Assembly (NCBI RefSeq): GCF_009914755.1
Contig: NC_060930.1
Source: the human T2T-CHM13v2.0 reference genome, Homo sapiens
Length of the DNA: 64,000 bases
Reading direction: 5' to 3' (one strand)
How positions within the stretch are numbered: the stretch's first letter is position 1; each line of letters begins with the position of its first letter. The notes under the pieces are model-generated. The model saw only the letters and a program-made list of their open reading frames with translations, did not search any database and was not told the origin of the DNA. The position numbers and the translations under genes were made by a program. Shown here one piece after another: positions 11,616 to 25,625 of the stretch.

Positions 11616-14600
11616 CAAACCACCTGGAGTCTAAATCGTTTTTAGTAACTTTAGTGGTGAGAAGTAGAGGAAGAATAAGAGTGAAAGTTGTCTTCCTCTA
11701 CAATGCAAGTTCAAGAAGGTGAAATAATTTAAGTTTTACTAACATCTTTGCTTTAAAAGAACTCTTTGAAATCTCATAATAGCCAATGAAACATAAAGCT
11801 TTTTAGGGTCTAAAGTGTTTGAGGTCTGTGATATCTTTCATGCTTTATTTAGATTACTTTCATACACAATTATGATTTAAAAGGTTGGGGGTGACTCAAG
11901 CATAAAACCAATCAGATTAGCCTATAATCACTTTCACCGTTCCCACTTTATTTAATAACTTGGTCTTTTTAAACGGGGGTAGCATTCCCCATTTGCATCA
12001 GTCATGGTTTTTCTGGCGTAATTTTCAGGGGTAATTGTATTGCAAAAGTAGAAGGATTATTTTTGCTTCTTAGGCGATGTGTACAGGCACACACGACTCA
12101 ACATATTTAGTTTATTCAAATCATGAAAATAAGAACTGGCCTATATGTCTCATCTTGAAAGAAAATGCATTAGAACTAACGAAAATCCAGCAGTGGGTTT
12201 AATGAGAAAAACCAATAACCTGTCTCCTTTCAAATAGTGTATTTGTTCAGTTTCCATAGGGATCTCTGTGCAGAAACTCAGTGAATTCTCTGACCAAGCA
12301 ACAGACTAAGGAGTAGTAAACTCCAGTGCTGTAAATTCTTCTCTGTAAAAAAAAGGAATTTACTTTCCTCATCAAAAGTTTGGCAATCTGAGTATAAGTG
12401 AAAGTTACACTGCTCACCAATGACAGGGAGGGGTCAGTGTCACAGGCAAAGCAGGAGACATCAGAGATGTCATGGTGGCACTACAAGCTCTGAAATCTTT
12501 TCCAAAAGGAGAATATGTTGAGTGTATTCTTGAATCACTCTTATGACTACAGCAATCCTATAAAACAACCAAACTCGAGAACTCAAAACCTTAATATTGT
12601 CTTTTAAATATGCTTAAAATAGACCTTTTATAAATGCTCTCATTAAAAAAGATGTACTTTTTAATTTAAAATTAACCAATGAAAATAGGTTGCTAGGAAA
12701 TGTATCTTCACATAGCAAGAGGAAAGTTTTTCTCAAAATATAATTTGCTATCAAACTCTAAAATAATTTACTGCTTTGTAACACAGGCCTTCAGGGCCCC
12801 CATTACCCTTTATAATAGTGTGAGTGCCCTCTGTATATAAATTTAAACTACCAGTGGGACCCACATTGACTCATTTGAAAGACAAATGGCCTTAATTGCT
12901 CTCCTTCATAGCCACTGTTAATTTTAGACTACAGGATTCTGATTAGCAATAACAACTAGGAGTAGCTGTACAAAATAAGTGGGTCAATGCTTGCTATTTG
13001 TTGCACATCCCTTCCCTATCTGAAATTTGTCAAAGGAGTCTTGAAAATCATTACTGGTCTACTTGACTTGAGTAATAAGAAAGCTTTTTAAATAATTTTT
13101 AATTTCTAATTTACAACAAGGTCTAATCCAAGAGGCATAAAATATAGCATACTAATAAAACTTTTACAAATTTTTTTGTAAAGAATTTTGTATTTCAAGG
13201 TTAAGGGCAAATACAGTATACTGGAGTAGATGATAGGAAATGCAAAAATAACTGGACTGATAAATGAGACAAACTATGGGAGACATATATATTAAAATAA
13301 ATACAATGTGTTATGCGGGATAATAATATGATGAAAATTCCACAGAACATTAAAGAATTGGCTACCCACACCAGGGTTGGTTAGGGAAGGTTTCAATGAG
13401 TTACTCATAGTGAATATGAGGAAGGATATACCAAACAGAGCAAAGCCAGAATGGAAATGGGAATAAAACTAGAGGAAAAGCAAGATCAAAGGCATATAAC
13501 TCTAAAGGAACATCATATGTTGTGAAATTTCAAATAACTCTGTATAATGAGCATCCAGAATACATAGGAAACTAGGAAGAAATGAAAGTAAATACGAAAA
13601 GTTTTAGATGTCAGAAAAAGGAGTTTAGAGTTTGTTCTACAGCTGTATTAAAATCTTTAAAAGATTTTATCCAAGAGTATGAGGCAATTCAAGCCACATT
13701 AAAAAAATGGTAATAACCCATGTTGAGTTAAAAGAGGAATAGAGGGAAACAGAGGAAAATAATTTGTTTCAACCTTGTAACAGAGAGCGCATAATATATC
13801 CTGAACTAATTCCATCATATACAGTTCCTATTGACCATTTAGGACTCACTAGAAAGGCCTAAACACCAAGTCCTCTATCATACGTGGTCCTCAATACATG
13901 TTCTTGAGTTCAAGACATCTTTATGTATAGTATTACATAAATCTATTTAAAAAGAGAAATGTCATAGCAAGCTCCTAATTCATAAATTAAAACATACCTT
14001 ATGAATTTAAAGTTTCACTGAGCTGGATGGCAGATGGCAGAACAGAAAGAGGTAATACCAAACTGGTGTTCAAGAAATTTAGTTAGGCAGAGGGAAAGAA
14101 AAATGAGCAAGGAAACATTCCATTTCAGCTGTTTCATTTGCTACTGGTAATAAGGCTACAATGAGTAGCTGCAAATCATGCCAGAGAAATGGTGACCACA
14201 GTTCCTTGACCTTTGGAGGAAAATTACTTCTGAAGAGCATTTCACAGACTGCTAATTCCTCTACGCCAATCAATCAACTAAGGGACAGATCTATCACCGA
14301 AATGGTCTGTTTCTATGATAGCAAGCCACTTAAGGGGTTGGCAACCTGTTCATCTGAAAATAAAAATCAAGCTGATATGAACTTGCCAGAATATCTTTTT
14401 ACTCCGAAACTGCTCGGTGAAAAATGTGGTACTAAGTAGTATTAGACACCAAAAAGATTAAACATAAAAAGGAAAGAAAAGTAAGTACCCCTGACCCCAA
14501 AACTATATTGCCTAAACATCTAGCATTTAGATTCTTGAGTGCTTATTTAAACAGAGGGTAAAAGCTCTATGAGAGAACACGGAACCAGAGACATTTTCTG

Positions 14601-15390
14601 TAGAATCAGGAAAAAATGAATACTAAATTTAAGTCCTTTCTGAAGTCAAACTTTTCAATAAAACCTGGGGTCACGTTAATTTAAACAAAGTTGAACTGAA
14701 GAAAAATGAAAAGTCGTAGATCACTGGAGAGCCATGAAGGACATTCTTTTAAAAGATTATTGTCCTAGGATCTTCCACACTCTCCCCTCCATGGCACCTC
14801 TAGATTCTTAATTTTCTGACTGAGTACAGTAGCAAGAAACAAATAGAATTATCTTTCATGGTTCTTTACTGTTTGTAAAGAACAAGCTTTATTTAGCTGA
14901 AGATATGAAGCATTTTCTTAAATTTTTGGAATATATATAGTTTTTTCAAGTAAAAAGAAAGTCCAAGACAAAATAAGTTGGAAAATACAATATCCTTAGT
15001 AAAGCTGCTTGATGATCCTCAAAAATGGACAAATTAACCTTCTCCAATTGTGAATTAAGCTGTGATACATAACTTTGCTCATGTAAGTGATTATCAACTT
15101 GGAATGATCTTTCTTCCATTCAGGACACAGAGAAAGATTAATACATGTCACATTAGGACACATGCAATACTGAGTTAAGCTAACTTTGTCATCTATCTAT
15201 GCTAATCAGAAACCATGATATAAATTTGTTGATATGATCTACAAAATTCATTACAAAAAAGCCAATATATTTCACAAAAATTGTAAAAAGAATGAAAATT
15301 ACTAAATATCTTAAATGCAGTTCTATTGATAATCTGAGTAATACAGTTTATTCCCAGAAAAACACCTTACAGAAGTATAGAAATTAATGG

Positions 15391-15705
<315 letters not shown>

Positions 15706-16988
15706 AGAAATTAATGCTTTTAAATAAAGTTCCTATTTCCTCTGAAATATACTGGGATATGCGAATCATTTTTTTTCCTTTTAACGCTACACTTCTGGGA
15801 ATACTGAAGGTACAAAATAAAAACTGGCATACCGTGATAAATATTTAGGTACTTTATACCTGCTCTAATGATAAGCAACACTTTTGTTTTCCAATTTAAG
15901 TACTGAAATTAAAATAGGAAAAATTCCAAGTAGATACAAGTAACAAATGGTTTTAAGGGCATATTTATGAGTCACTGGTCATAATATATTGCTCTGGTTC
16001 ATTACCAAAGAGGATCTACTAGAAGAAAACAGAAAATTTATGAATAGGAGTTCTTTAAATAATAATCACTTGAGATCCTGAAAGTATCCTTTGCCCTGCT
16101 TGTAGTTAATTAGGGTGTGAAAATATTATTTAGGTCTAACTCCTTCATTAAGGAAAAACAACTAGAGACACATTTCAGGAAATCCAAACCCATTATTTAT
16201 TGATAGGTAGAAATAACTCTTAATGATGACAGAAGAACTCACTTCAAACACAATTGTTACTTATCTAATTGTTCATCCCTTGAGTTCCATCTCTAGCCAA
16301 GAATACATGTTCATATAATCCAAGATTATTTAGCTAGTAAGACTTCTATTCAAACTGTATATTATTCGAAGCAGATGCTCCACTCCAACTAAATAAACAA
16401 TCTTCAATAAGACTGAATTATCCAGAATGGAATAACAAGTTCAGTTCCACCCCCTTCATCTTTACAGAGAAACAACATTAAAATCCCTTATACATCTATG
16501 AATAAGGCTTAAGAATTTTAAGTATGGGCCATACATCATCCACGCAGGTAATAGAAGAGAGACAATATATCTAGACACAGCCTGGAGTAATGGCTAAATA
16601 CATAAATAGCTTTCATATTTTACCTCTTTTAGCTTCAATTTCCTCCCCAGTACGATCAAAATAATAACAGTTATAGCACAGTGGTGTTAGGATTAGTCAT
16701 AATGCATGTCAAGCTCCTAACACCCAACACAGTTTTTTTTTTGGTTAAAAAAGCATCCTTATTTTTTCATGTTTTATTCTTCCCAGTTTATTCTCTATAT
16801 GCTATACAGATGCACATATTTAACAGCTAAGCCCTTAACAAAAAGAGAAATATGGTTTCCATCTAATATACACAGAAAGACTAAAAATAGTTTATACGAA
16901 GGCAATATTACCATATTGCCAAAACCAGTTTTACCTGAACACTCATCATATATACTTTCAAACAGTCAGGAAATACCTTCCTTTAGCG

Positions 16989-17206
16989 TAGGAGTCAGCA
17001 AACTTCATGTACAAAAAGCAAGTTAGTAAATGTTTCCAGTTTTGTGGGCCATGCCATTTTTGTCATAACTACAAAACTCTTGTCATAGTATCAAGAAGCC
17101 ACAAAGAATACCTAACAAATGGGCATAGCTATGGCTGTACTTGAATAAAATTCTATTCACAAAACAGGCCACAGTCTGAATTTGGCCCAAAGTTCACCAG
17201 CCCTTG
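16989..17206 (+). mobile_element. MER58A (hAT-Charlie)
   Basis: taggagtcagcaaactt...ttttgtgggccat...aataaaatt...atttggccc...agcccttg. Confidence 0.8.
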
Positions 17207-19182
17207 GTTTAGATCACTCTGATCTTAAACCATAGGCAGAACATAGTCTGGTTAAAAGCTTACAACCAAGAACCTTTAACTTCTGCATCACCTCCATATT
17301 TTCTTTCTCACATATTAAGAGGAGTAGCGGTGAGCCACAGCCAAGCAACTGAACCAGAAATGGAGAATGATAGTGCTACATCTGAAACCAAATCAGTTGT
17401 TTGGCTGGCAAGCAGTATGAGTAATAAAGTGAGACTAGAAAAGGTGAGAACTAGAGACACTTTCAAGGGCCTTCCGTCCAAATGCTTCAAGCTTGTAAGA
17501 CCACAGTGGGAAATACCTCATGCCCTAGCATATACATGCATACATGCGTGCAAGTTATCTCCTACTATGCTTCACTAGTTCAGTGCTCTTTCCATAAATG
17601 AAATAAAATGAAGAATAGTTAGGTAAATCAAGGAATCAGCTATTAAAAGGAAAAAGGTCATCAGTTCTTTGTTTTAAATACAGGTAACCGCATATCCATT
17701 GTAGCAAGGGATCCCGAAGTGTGATCAATCCAAATCTTACCTAATTTTTAGCTCTCAGGTACAAGTTGGAATTCAAAAATAAGCCTCTGAGACCTGGGCA
17801 GCTCTGCCAATAAGTATGTGACTTCATCCAACCTCATTATTGGAGCTAATGGGTAATTAATTACATGCCAAATACCCATAGAAATGATTTCACAGATGAA
17901 AAGAGGTTTTGAAAATGTAAAAGGAACATGTTAGTGAAAAGTACCCCAAAGAAGAAAAAATGAAACTTGCCAAGAGTCACAGAGCAAGAAAGTACCAGAG
18001 CCAGGGGCTGAACCTAGGCACTATGGGTTCTTTACTCTTAAACACTACATTAAGTGTCTCCTAAAAGTGAGGCAGGATTAGCCATTTTCAGAATTATCCA
18101 GTACAGCTGCCTCCAATGGGCACAACCTCAAGAGAAGGTATTCCCCATTCCATCCATTTGGTAGCATGATGATGCTGCATCCTATGAGAATAGACATGTG
18201 GTAAACTTTGAACCATATAATATATCAACGTCTCTCAGGCATCCCTGATATCACTGACAGGAAAGGGTCTTTAATAGAAAAAGCTATAAAAGCCTAGCTA
18301 ATTAACTAAAATTTCTACAAATAATTTTATTTAAATAGGGTGACTTAAGGCTGAAAATTTATATGATCATTAACACTATACTATCACTCTTGCTTGGCAA
18401 CCTTCCCTTTTCACCTCACCTCCCCCTAAAGCATGTATAAACCAGTGAATTTTCTATCTTTGAAAACATTAAAAGCAATTTTGTTCGGACTATTTTTGCA
18501 GTAGCCCTTGCACAAACTGTAGGATAATAAACCAGGTGTTTTCCCAAAGATCATTAGTGAGTATATTTACCCAAGTTTCTTTTCCTATTTTTTATACTTT
18601 TAACTATTCCAGTAAAAGGTCTTTTTCACTTAGTGTTAGATACACAATCTAGAGAAATTCATCGAACAAAGCAACAGAGAGTAAATGTACTGAAAAATAA
18701 AATTCTCAACTGAAGCCATATTTACATTTTGGTAAAACTGGAAACCACCCAAGCTCACATTTAAACATATCTTTGTTTTGTTTTGTTTTGTTTCTCCTGG
18801 AGAGATTACTGATTACTGGTGGGCTCCACTTCACCCATATGAGACACACACTGGCTTATTTCAGCAGTTGCTCCTGACTTAGCTCAAGCATGATGGGAGA
18901 GAGATCATTTTTCTTTTTTTTTATGAAGGGACGTAAAACAGAATTCCGTGACCCAACCTCCTAGAGGAAGGGCAAAGACCTGCTTTGAGGGTTTGAATTT
19001 AAAGTTTTACTTCAGATTGGCAAAGGAAATTTAAGTATACTCAACTACATTTTAAGGAGGTCAACAATTAAGTTTTGTAGGACTTTGAAATACACTTCAA
19101 GAAAATAGATAACCAATTAATTTATGTAAATAATTAAAATGCATCTTGAAATCAAAAAACAAAAAAAAAGAACACTTTTTTA

Positions 19183-19424
19183 AGGAGGATCACTTGAGCC
19201 CAGAGTTGGAGACTACCCTGGGCAACATAGGGAGAACCCACCTCTACAAAAAATAAATAAAAAAAAATTAGCCAAGCATGGTGGAACGTGACTATAGTCT
19301 CAGCTACCCGAGAGGCTGATTACTTGAGCCTGGGAGGTCAAGGCTGCAGTAAGCCATGATCATACCACTGCACTCCAGCCTGGGTGGCAGAGTGAGACCC
19401 CATCTCAAAAATAATAATAATAAT
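19183..19424 (+). mobile_element. AluJ, 5' truncated
   Basis: ggaggatcacttgagccc...ggtcaaggctgcagt, which are AluJ diagnostics. Confidence 0.9.
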
Positions 19425-20508
19425 TATATATATAAAACTTTATCTTCCTATATTTTTCATTAATATTAACCCCCTTGCATATCAAAATGTTTCTAGACTA
19501 GGTTAACATAGAAGGCATATGGGCCAATGTTTGGGTTTTTCAAACTTCTTAAAACACAATTCTTAAGACTAAAGAATGATGGTTTTTTTCTGTCATTTTC
19601 TTTGGTTAGAATAGATAATTGGATATCATCCTCATTACAACCAGTATATTAACTATTGCTATTGGATACATTAACCAGTTCTTCTCATTCTAAGCATAAT
19701 TTAATGACAGTTTAGCCTTCTGTCTGGTCCAGAGCAAACAAGCCACTCACACAAACACAAGCAAATCATTTTGTTAATGTTGACTGACATCAGAACCCTG
19801 GATGTCGGGGACCTTTGCTCCCTTTCTCATAAAGACAGCACTCTGGGTTTTAAGGGAAGTTTTAGTGAAACTTTTAAGATAATCTTTAAAGGTGTCAACT
19901 TCTAACCAAATCAATGCTGAAACCTGAATCACAGTAACTTTCTCCTCAAATTTCCTCCCTCAGTTGAGTGCATATGGTTACCATTTAGTGGAATCACCAC
20001 ATAAAGATTTCCCAAGCAGCAAAAAGCACTGCTTTGCACAGACATTTAAGTGACATGTAAGTCAATGGCCATTCTAACCTAACAAAGACAGTGTTAAAGG
20101 GGGGAATAGTGAATGAAATTTTACATTGGATCTCACCAAGATTCAGGTTTGTGTGTGTGTGTTCATTTCTATACCAACAAAGAAACTATTTGGACTCCCT
20201 CCAATTTCTGCTTCCAACTACTACTTAGAAACGTGTGTCAATTAATTTGAAAATTTCTCCACAATATCCTATGATATTAGAAGCTAAGTGCTGTGTACAT
20301 TTAAGTCATCATTAGTTAGTATTTTAGTTAGGAAAACATCTAGATCAAGCTTGTCCAACCCACAGGCAATAATTTAATGGAGATAAGAAGTGAACCTTCT
20401 TTTGCTTCAAACTCTAGTATATCAGAAGTTCGTGGTTCCTAAGAACAGTACATATGAGAAGATCTCCAAACTCGAAATATTCTGATCTCATCAGAGTTAG
20501 ATGATTGG

Positions 20509-20801
20509 GGCCTGGCACAGTGGCTCATACCAGTAATCCCAGCACTTTGGGAAGACAGAGGGGTTAGATTTCTTGAGCCTAAGAGTTCAAGACCAGCCTG
20601 GGCAACAAAGCGAGATCCCCATGTCTACAAAAATTTCTAAAAATTAGCCAGGAGGAGTGGCATACACCTGTAGTCCCAGCTACTTGGGAGGCTGAGGCGG
20701 GAAGATATCTTGAGCCCAGGAATTTGAGACTGCAGTGAGCTATTGTGCAACTGTACTCCAGCCTGATGGACAGAGCAAGACCCTGTCAAAAAAAAAAAAA
20801 A

Positions 20802-20831
<30 letters not shown>
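20509..20831 (+). mobile_element. AluJ with A23-(GAA)7 tail
   Basis: Full Alu. A-run at 20788-20810, then (GAA)7 at 20811-20831. Confidence 0.93.
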
Positions 20832-20832
<1 letters not shown>

Positions 20833-21256
20833 GAAAAAATGATTCACTAAAGTATTATAAAACTCATTTATTCAACATTCTTTCAATTTTCCCTCCAGCC
20901 CTTGCTCTAAAACATAATGACCAAGTTTTAATCTATCAAATTGTAAGGTTTATTAAAAAGGTGAACACAGTTCTTCAGAATAAAATATAAAAACCAAGAA
21001 GTTTTTAAATTTCAAGTATGGGGGAAGAAAGCTGGCAAATATGATTTGCATAATAGATTAAAGCACTAGCAGTATGAAGATAGCATTTGAAGTCTGGTAT
21101 CTTCTCTGTAGTATTATAGCTTTCATGACTCACTTCTCATCTCAAGCCATACCTTATATTTTGAAATATTCAAGTCACTAAAAATAGATAAAATAAATTA
21201 TTACAATGTGTTTCTGACACGGACATCCTGGCAAGTAATTATTAAAAATAAAACTA

Positions 21257-21561
<305 letters not shown>

Positions 21562-22790
21562 CTACCCCTAATTAATGTTCCAATAAACAGGAAAAATCTC
21601 TCAGCTTCACTATTCGAGTAAGGGCAAATTGCAACAAAAATGAAGAGTTTGTCTATATCATTTGCAAAAAAGCAAAGGATTGACAATATGTAGTATTGAT
21701 CATAGAGGAGATAACAACAGGACAACTGGTACTTTGAGGGCAACTTGGTTTCATTTACCAAAGTTGTTAATATACTTGCCCTATAATCCAGCATTTTCAC
21801 TTCTACCCTACATAAATTGTTGGCATATGTTTAGTCCTGAGTCCTACAAATACAAGCTAAGGCTACCAATACTGCTAGAAGCAAAAGCAAAATGTCTATG
21901 GGTCTTTTTAGATGAACCCAATGGCTATAGGAAAAAATTGAAAGAACAGACTTGAAGGGCACTGAGAGCAAAATGGCTTGCAAATATACCCTCAAACTTT
22001 GGACTAATGAATAATAGTAAGATATCATGATAGTCAATTCATGTGGAGAATCTAAATACTCAACAATTGATTAAGACAAAGCATATTTTAAGAAACAACA
22101 TAGGATCTAGCAATTATTTGGCCAAATGCTGACAGAATAAAAAGATCCAAATATGTTACAGAGGTAAAGAGATGTTGAATCAATTACAAAAATGGAAAGA
22201 AGACAGTGTCATAGGAGATATGTGACATAAAAGTGTCCCTTCCTAGCCACGAACTGTTTCAGCTAGCAATTTAGTGGATTAAGAAAATAAACACAGGGAA
22301 ACTACTTATGGGAAGCAACATTTTATGATAAGCTATCCAAGAAAAGATTGATTACACCAATAGCATTTTAAGTCAGCCAACAATAAACTTATCTAAAACA
22401 TGGCTATAACTTCCTATTATTCTCCTGACATCTAATTACATAACTTACCTCCTTTTCACTTGTCATTTCAGTAACTGCAGGCCTTTTCTGAAGATAAAAT
22501 CAGAATGCAAAATAGATTAGGTATAATAGAGGTAGACACATCATAAGTATTTCTGATGCTGCTTTATCTGGAAGGGATGGGTTTATAACTTTGCCAGAAG
22601 ATGTAAATATGTATATTTTCATTATGAAATGCTTGAACTATGACTGTGACTACCTAGCTACTATTACTCATAACATTATTTAATTCAACATTTTTACTCA
22701 TAGCCTGGCATTAGTAAAATAAAGTCTGTTCCTAGAAATAGCATTTTCAATTAGTGGTCTACAATACAATCAACTTGTAAAGTTACATGT

Positions 22791-23115
22791 TGATATGGTT
22801 TGGCTGTGTCCCCAACCAAATCTCATTTTGAATTCCCAGGTGTTGTGGGAGGGGGCCGATGGGAGGTAATTGAATCATGGAGGCAGGATTTTCCCATGCT
22901 GTTGTAGTTGTTATTAAAAGGGGGCGTTTTCCTGCACAAGCTCTTTTTGCCCGCTGCCATTCCACATAAGATGTGACTTGCTCCTCCTTGCCTTATGCCA
23001 TGATTATGAGGCCTCCCCAGCCATGTGGAACTGTAAGTCCATTAAACCTCTTTCTTTTGTAAATTGCCCAGTTTCAGGTATGTCTTTATCAGCAGCGTGA
23101 AAATGGACTAATACA
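22791..23115 (+). mobile_element. THE1 (THE1A/B) MaLR solo LTR, antisense to PTPRK
   Basis: tgatatggtttggctgtgtcccc...ggactaataca. Perfect 5-bp TSD CATGT at 22786-22790 and 23116-23120. Confidence 0.93.
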
Positions 23116-24039
23116 CATGTTAAATGTACTAAGAAAAATAAGAAAATACCATCCAGGGTCAAGTCCTTTCCTAACCCCTCCTTTTAGCCCTCACCATTAT
23201 GATTAATTTTAGTCTACGATTTGGTTATTACCATAGATTTTACTCAGACCAAGAAGGTACATGGAGGAAGTCAGGCTGGAGGAAGTAAGACATGAAAATC
23301 ATGGTATAGAGCAAGCAATTAGCTGATATTCCAAGTAATTGTATTTGTCTAAGATTCTTTCATGAAATGCATTCGGGTTATTTTTCAACAGCTTTTAACC
23401 TCCAACCAGTGAAGGACTGCTGTATCTAGAAGGAAATATGTGCACCCTCTCCCTGCTGCGATCAGCTCAACAAGTAAATATACCCACAAAACGAGAATCA
23501 TCCAATTTATAGGATTCTGCAGTTCACCCTCAGTCCCCTTTAACAATCTATAAAAAGGATTGACTATGTTTCATATGAAGATTTGTTTTTCATATATTCT
23601 GAGCATATTGTAAAAGAGACAAAAACTACTTTTTGCTGGGCAGATATTGGCAATAACATAGTCATGTTTTCAAGAAATATTATTTCTACCAAAACATTAA
23701 AAATCACTATGAATGATTTGTCATGTGGCCTTGCATCGGGCTGTGGTAACCTCCACAACAGGCAGTCCTAAATTGGAGTATCTGTGATTTCTTTAAAGAC
23801 CCTAACAGCATAATGAGTGAAAGTCTACTGAATCTGACTCAACGGCATTAACTGCATCTCCAAGGGTGAAGTGAGAACTGTGTGAGTCAAAGAAAACTTT
23901 ATAGTACTATAAAATACTGGTGTAGAAGTCACAGGGGAGGGGAACTGCAGGGTAAGTGAGGGTGAGAGCTGACTTCCTGCCCAATCACTAACTTGGCTGA
24001 GGCTGGGCCTTCAGTGGCAAAACTTCCTTACCAGCCTTA

Positions 24040-24347
24040 CGTTTGTTTGTTTATTTTCTTTTTGAGATGGGGTCTTTGTTCTGTCGCCCAGACTGAAGTG
24101 CAGTGGCACGATCTTGGCTCACTGCAGCCTCAACCTCTGGAGCTCAAGTGATCCTCCTGCCTCAGACTCCTGAGTACCTGGGACTATAGGTGCATGCCAC
24201 GACGCCTGGCTAATTTTTGTATTTTTTTGTAGAGACAGGGTGCTGCCATGCTGCCCAGGCTAGTCTCGAACTTCTGAGCTCATGCGATTCACTCACCTCA
24301 GCCTCTCAAAGTACTGGGATTACAGGCATGAACCACCACACCCGGCC
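24040..24347 (-). mobile_element. AluJ
   Basis: Full Alu. TSD taccagcctta. Confidence 0.93.
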
Positions 24348-25394
24348 TACCAGCCTTAAGTTTATAATCATAATCACAACCACAGCAAATGAACACACTC
24401 CTCTTCTTAAGCATTTCGGACACAAAGTTAAGCTCTCCAAAAACTCAGGGTGCCAGCCATATTGTACTTTTTCTAAATCTCAATGTTACCTGGAAGAAAA
24501 GTCAGATGTAAACTAGTCAACATTACTATCTACATTAAATAGAGAAAATATAAACACACACAGAAAACAGAAACATCTTTTCCCAGAGAGAAAGTAGGTG
24601 GGGCCTTAAAATTTTTCACTCCTAAATTGAGAGCAGTTTTACTTCAGTTCAATGATCAAATCTATTCTCTACATATTGACAGCTTCAAGCAGATATAAGT
24701 AGCAGCAAATTACAATACGTGCCATTTGGAATGCAGTTTTACAATTATAATCTTTAGCTGCATTACATTCACAAAACTCAGAAAGGCTTTATGGATCTCA
24801 AAGGGGACTAATGAAAATATTTGGTCAGAACACAAATGAAGTGTAAAGCCAATAGCTATTTTTAAAATACAAAAATTACTTAACACAGTTCACAGCACAC
24901 AGTAAATACTACGTAAACAATAGGGCTTTTTAAATTTATTTAAAAGATCACATATATTCCCAAAAACCAGAAGTAGTAAGTGCTAATATTTTGGTTTATA
25001 TTTATTTCTAGCCTTTCCCACATTATACTTTCTTATAATTTATTGATGATATTTGGAAAAGTCACCTCTTTTTGAAAATTTGCAGTCTCAAATATTTTGC
25101 TAATGATCTAAATCTAGTAATTTTACAATTGATGCTACTGGGCCTTCTAAGTATAAATTCATAATGTCTAAATAATACTGTTTGTTTTCCTCTGTATGTG
25201 TGTAAAATTATTTAAATCCATAAAAAATTCTAAAACAATATTAGTAATGGTGATATGGAGCAGATCTTAATTTATTAGTGCTCTTTCTATGAGATGGAGT
25301 GTTAATTTGCTGGTAAATTAATATCTCTTTCCAATCATCTTCAATGCTACTTCCAATACAGGATATTCAGCAGCCATTGATGGCAGAGTGGCGA

Positions 25395-25625
25395 CAAGCC
25401 AGGCAATGTTCTAAGCAATCTGAACAATTCATTTAATCCCCACACCTTGGTGGGGGGTACATTAATATGAAACAATTTATTTAATCCCCACAACAACCTA
25501 AAAAGTTGGGCATTATTATCATTCCCATTTTATTGATGAGGAAACTAAGGTAGAGAGAGCTTGAGTAATTTGTTCAAGGTCTCATTGCTAGTAAGGCACC
25601 AAGCCATAGTTCAAATCCAAGCAAA
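25395..25625 (-). mobile_element. MIR with a short internal duplication
   Basis: cccattttattgatgaggaaactaagg core. aacaattyatttaatccccaca occurs twice. Confidence 0.75.

Noticed and set aside
20346-20367. caagcttgtccaacccacaggc resembling a MER30 terminus
   Set aside because: Too short to call confidently.
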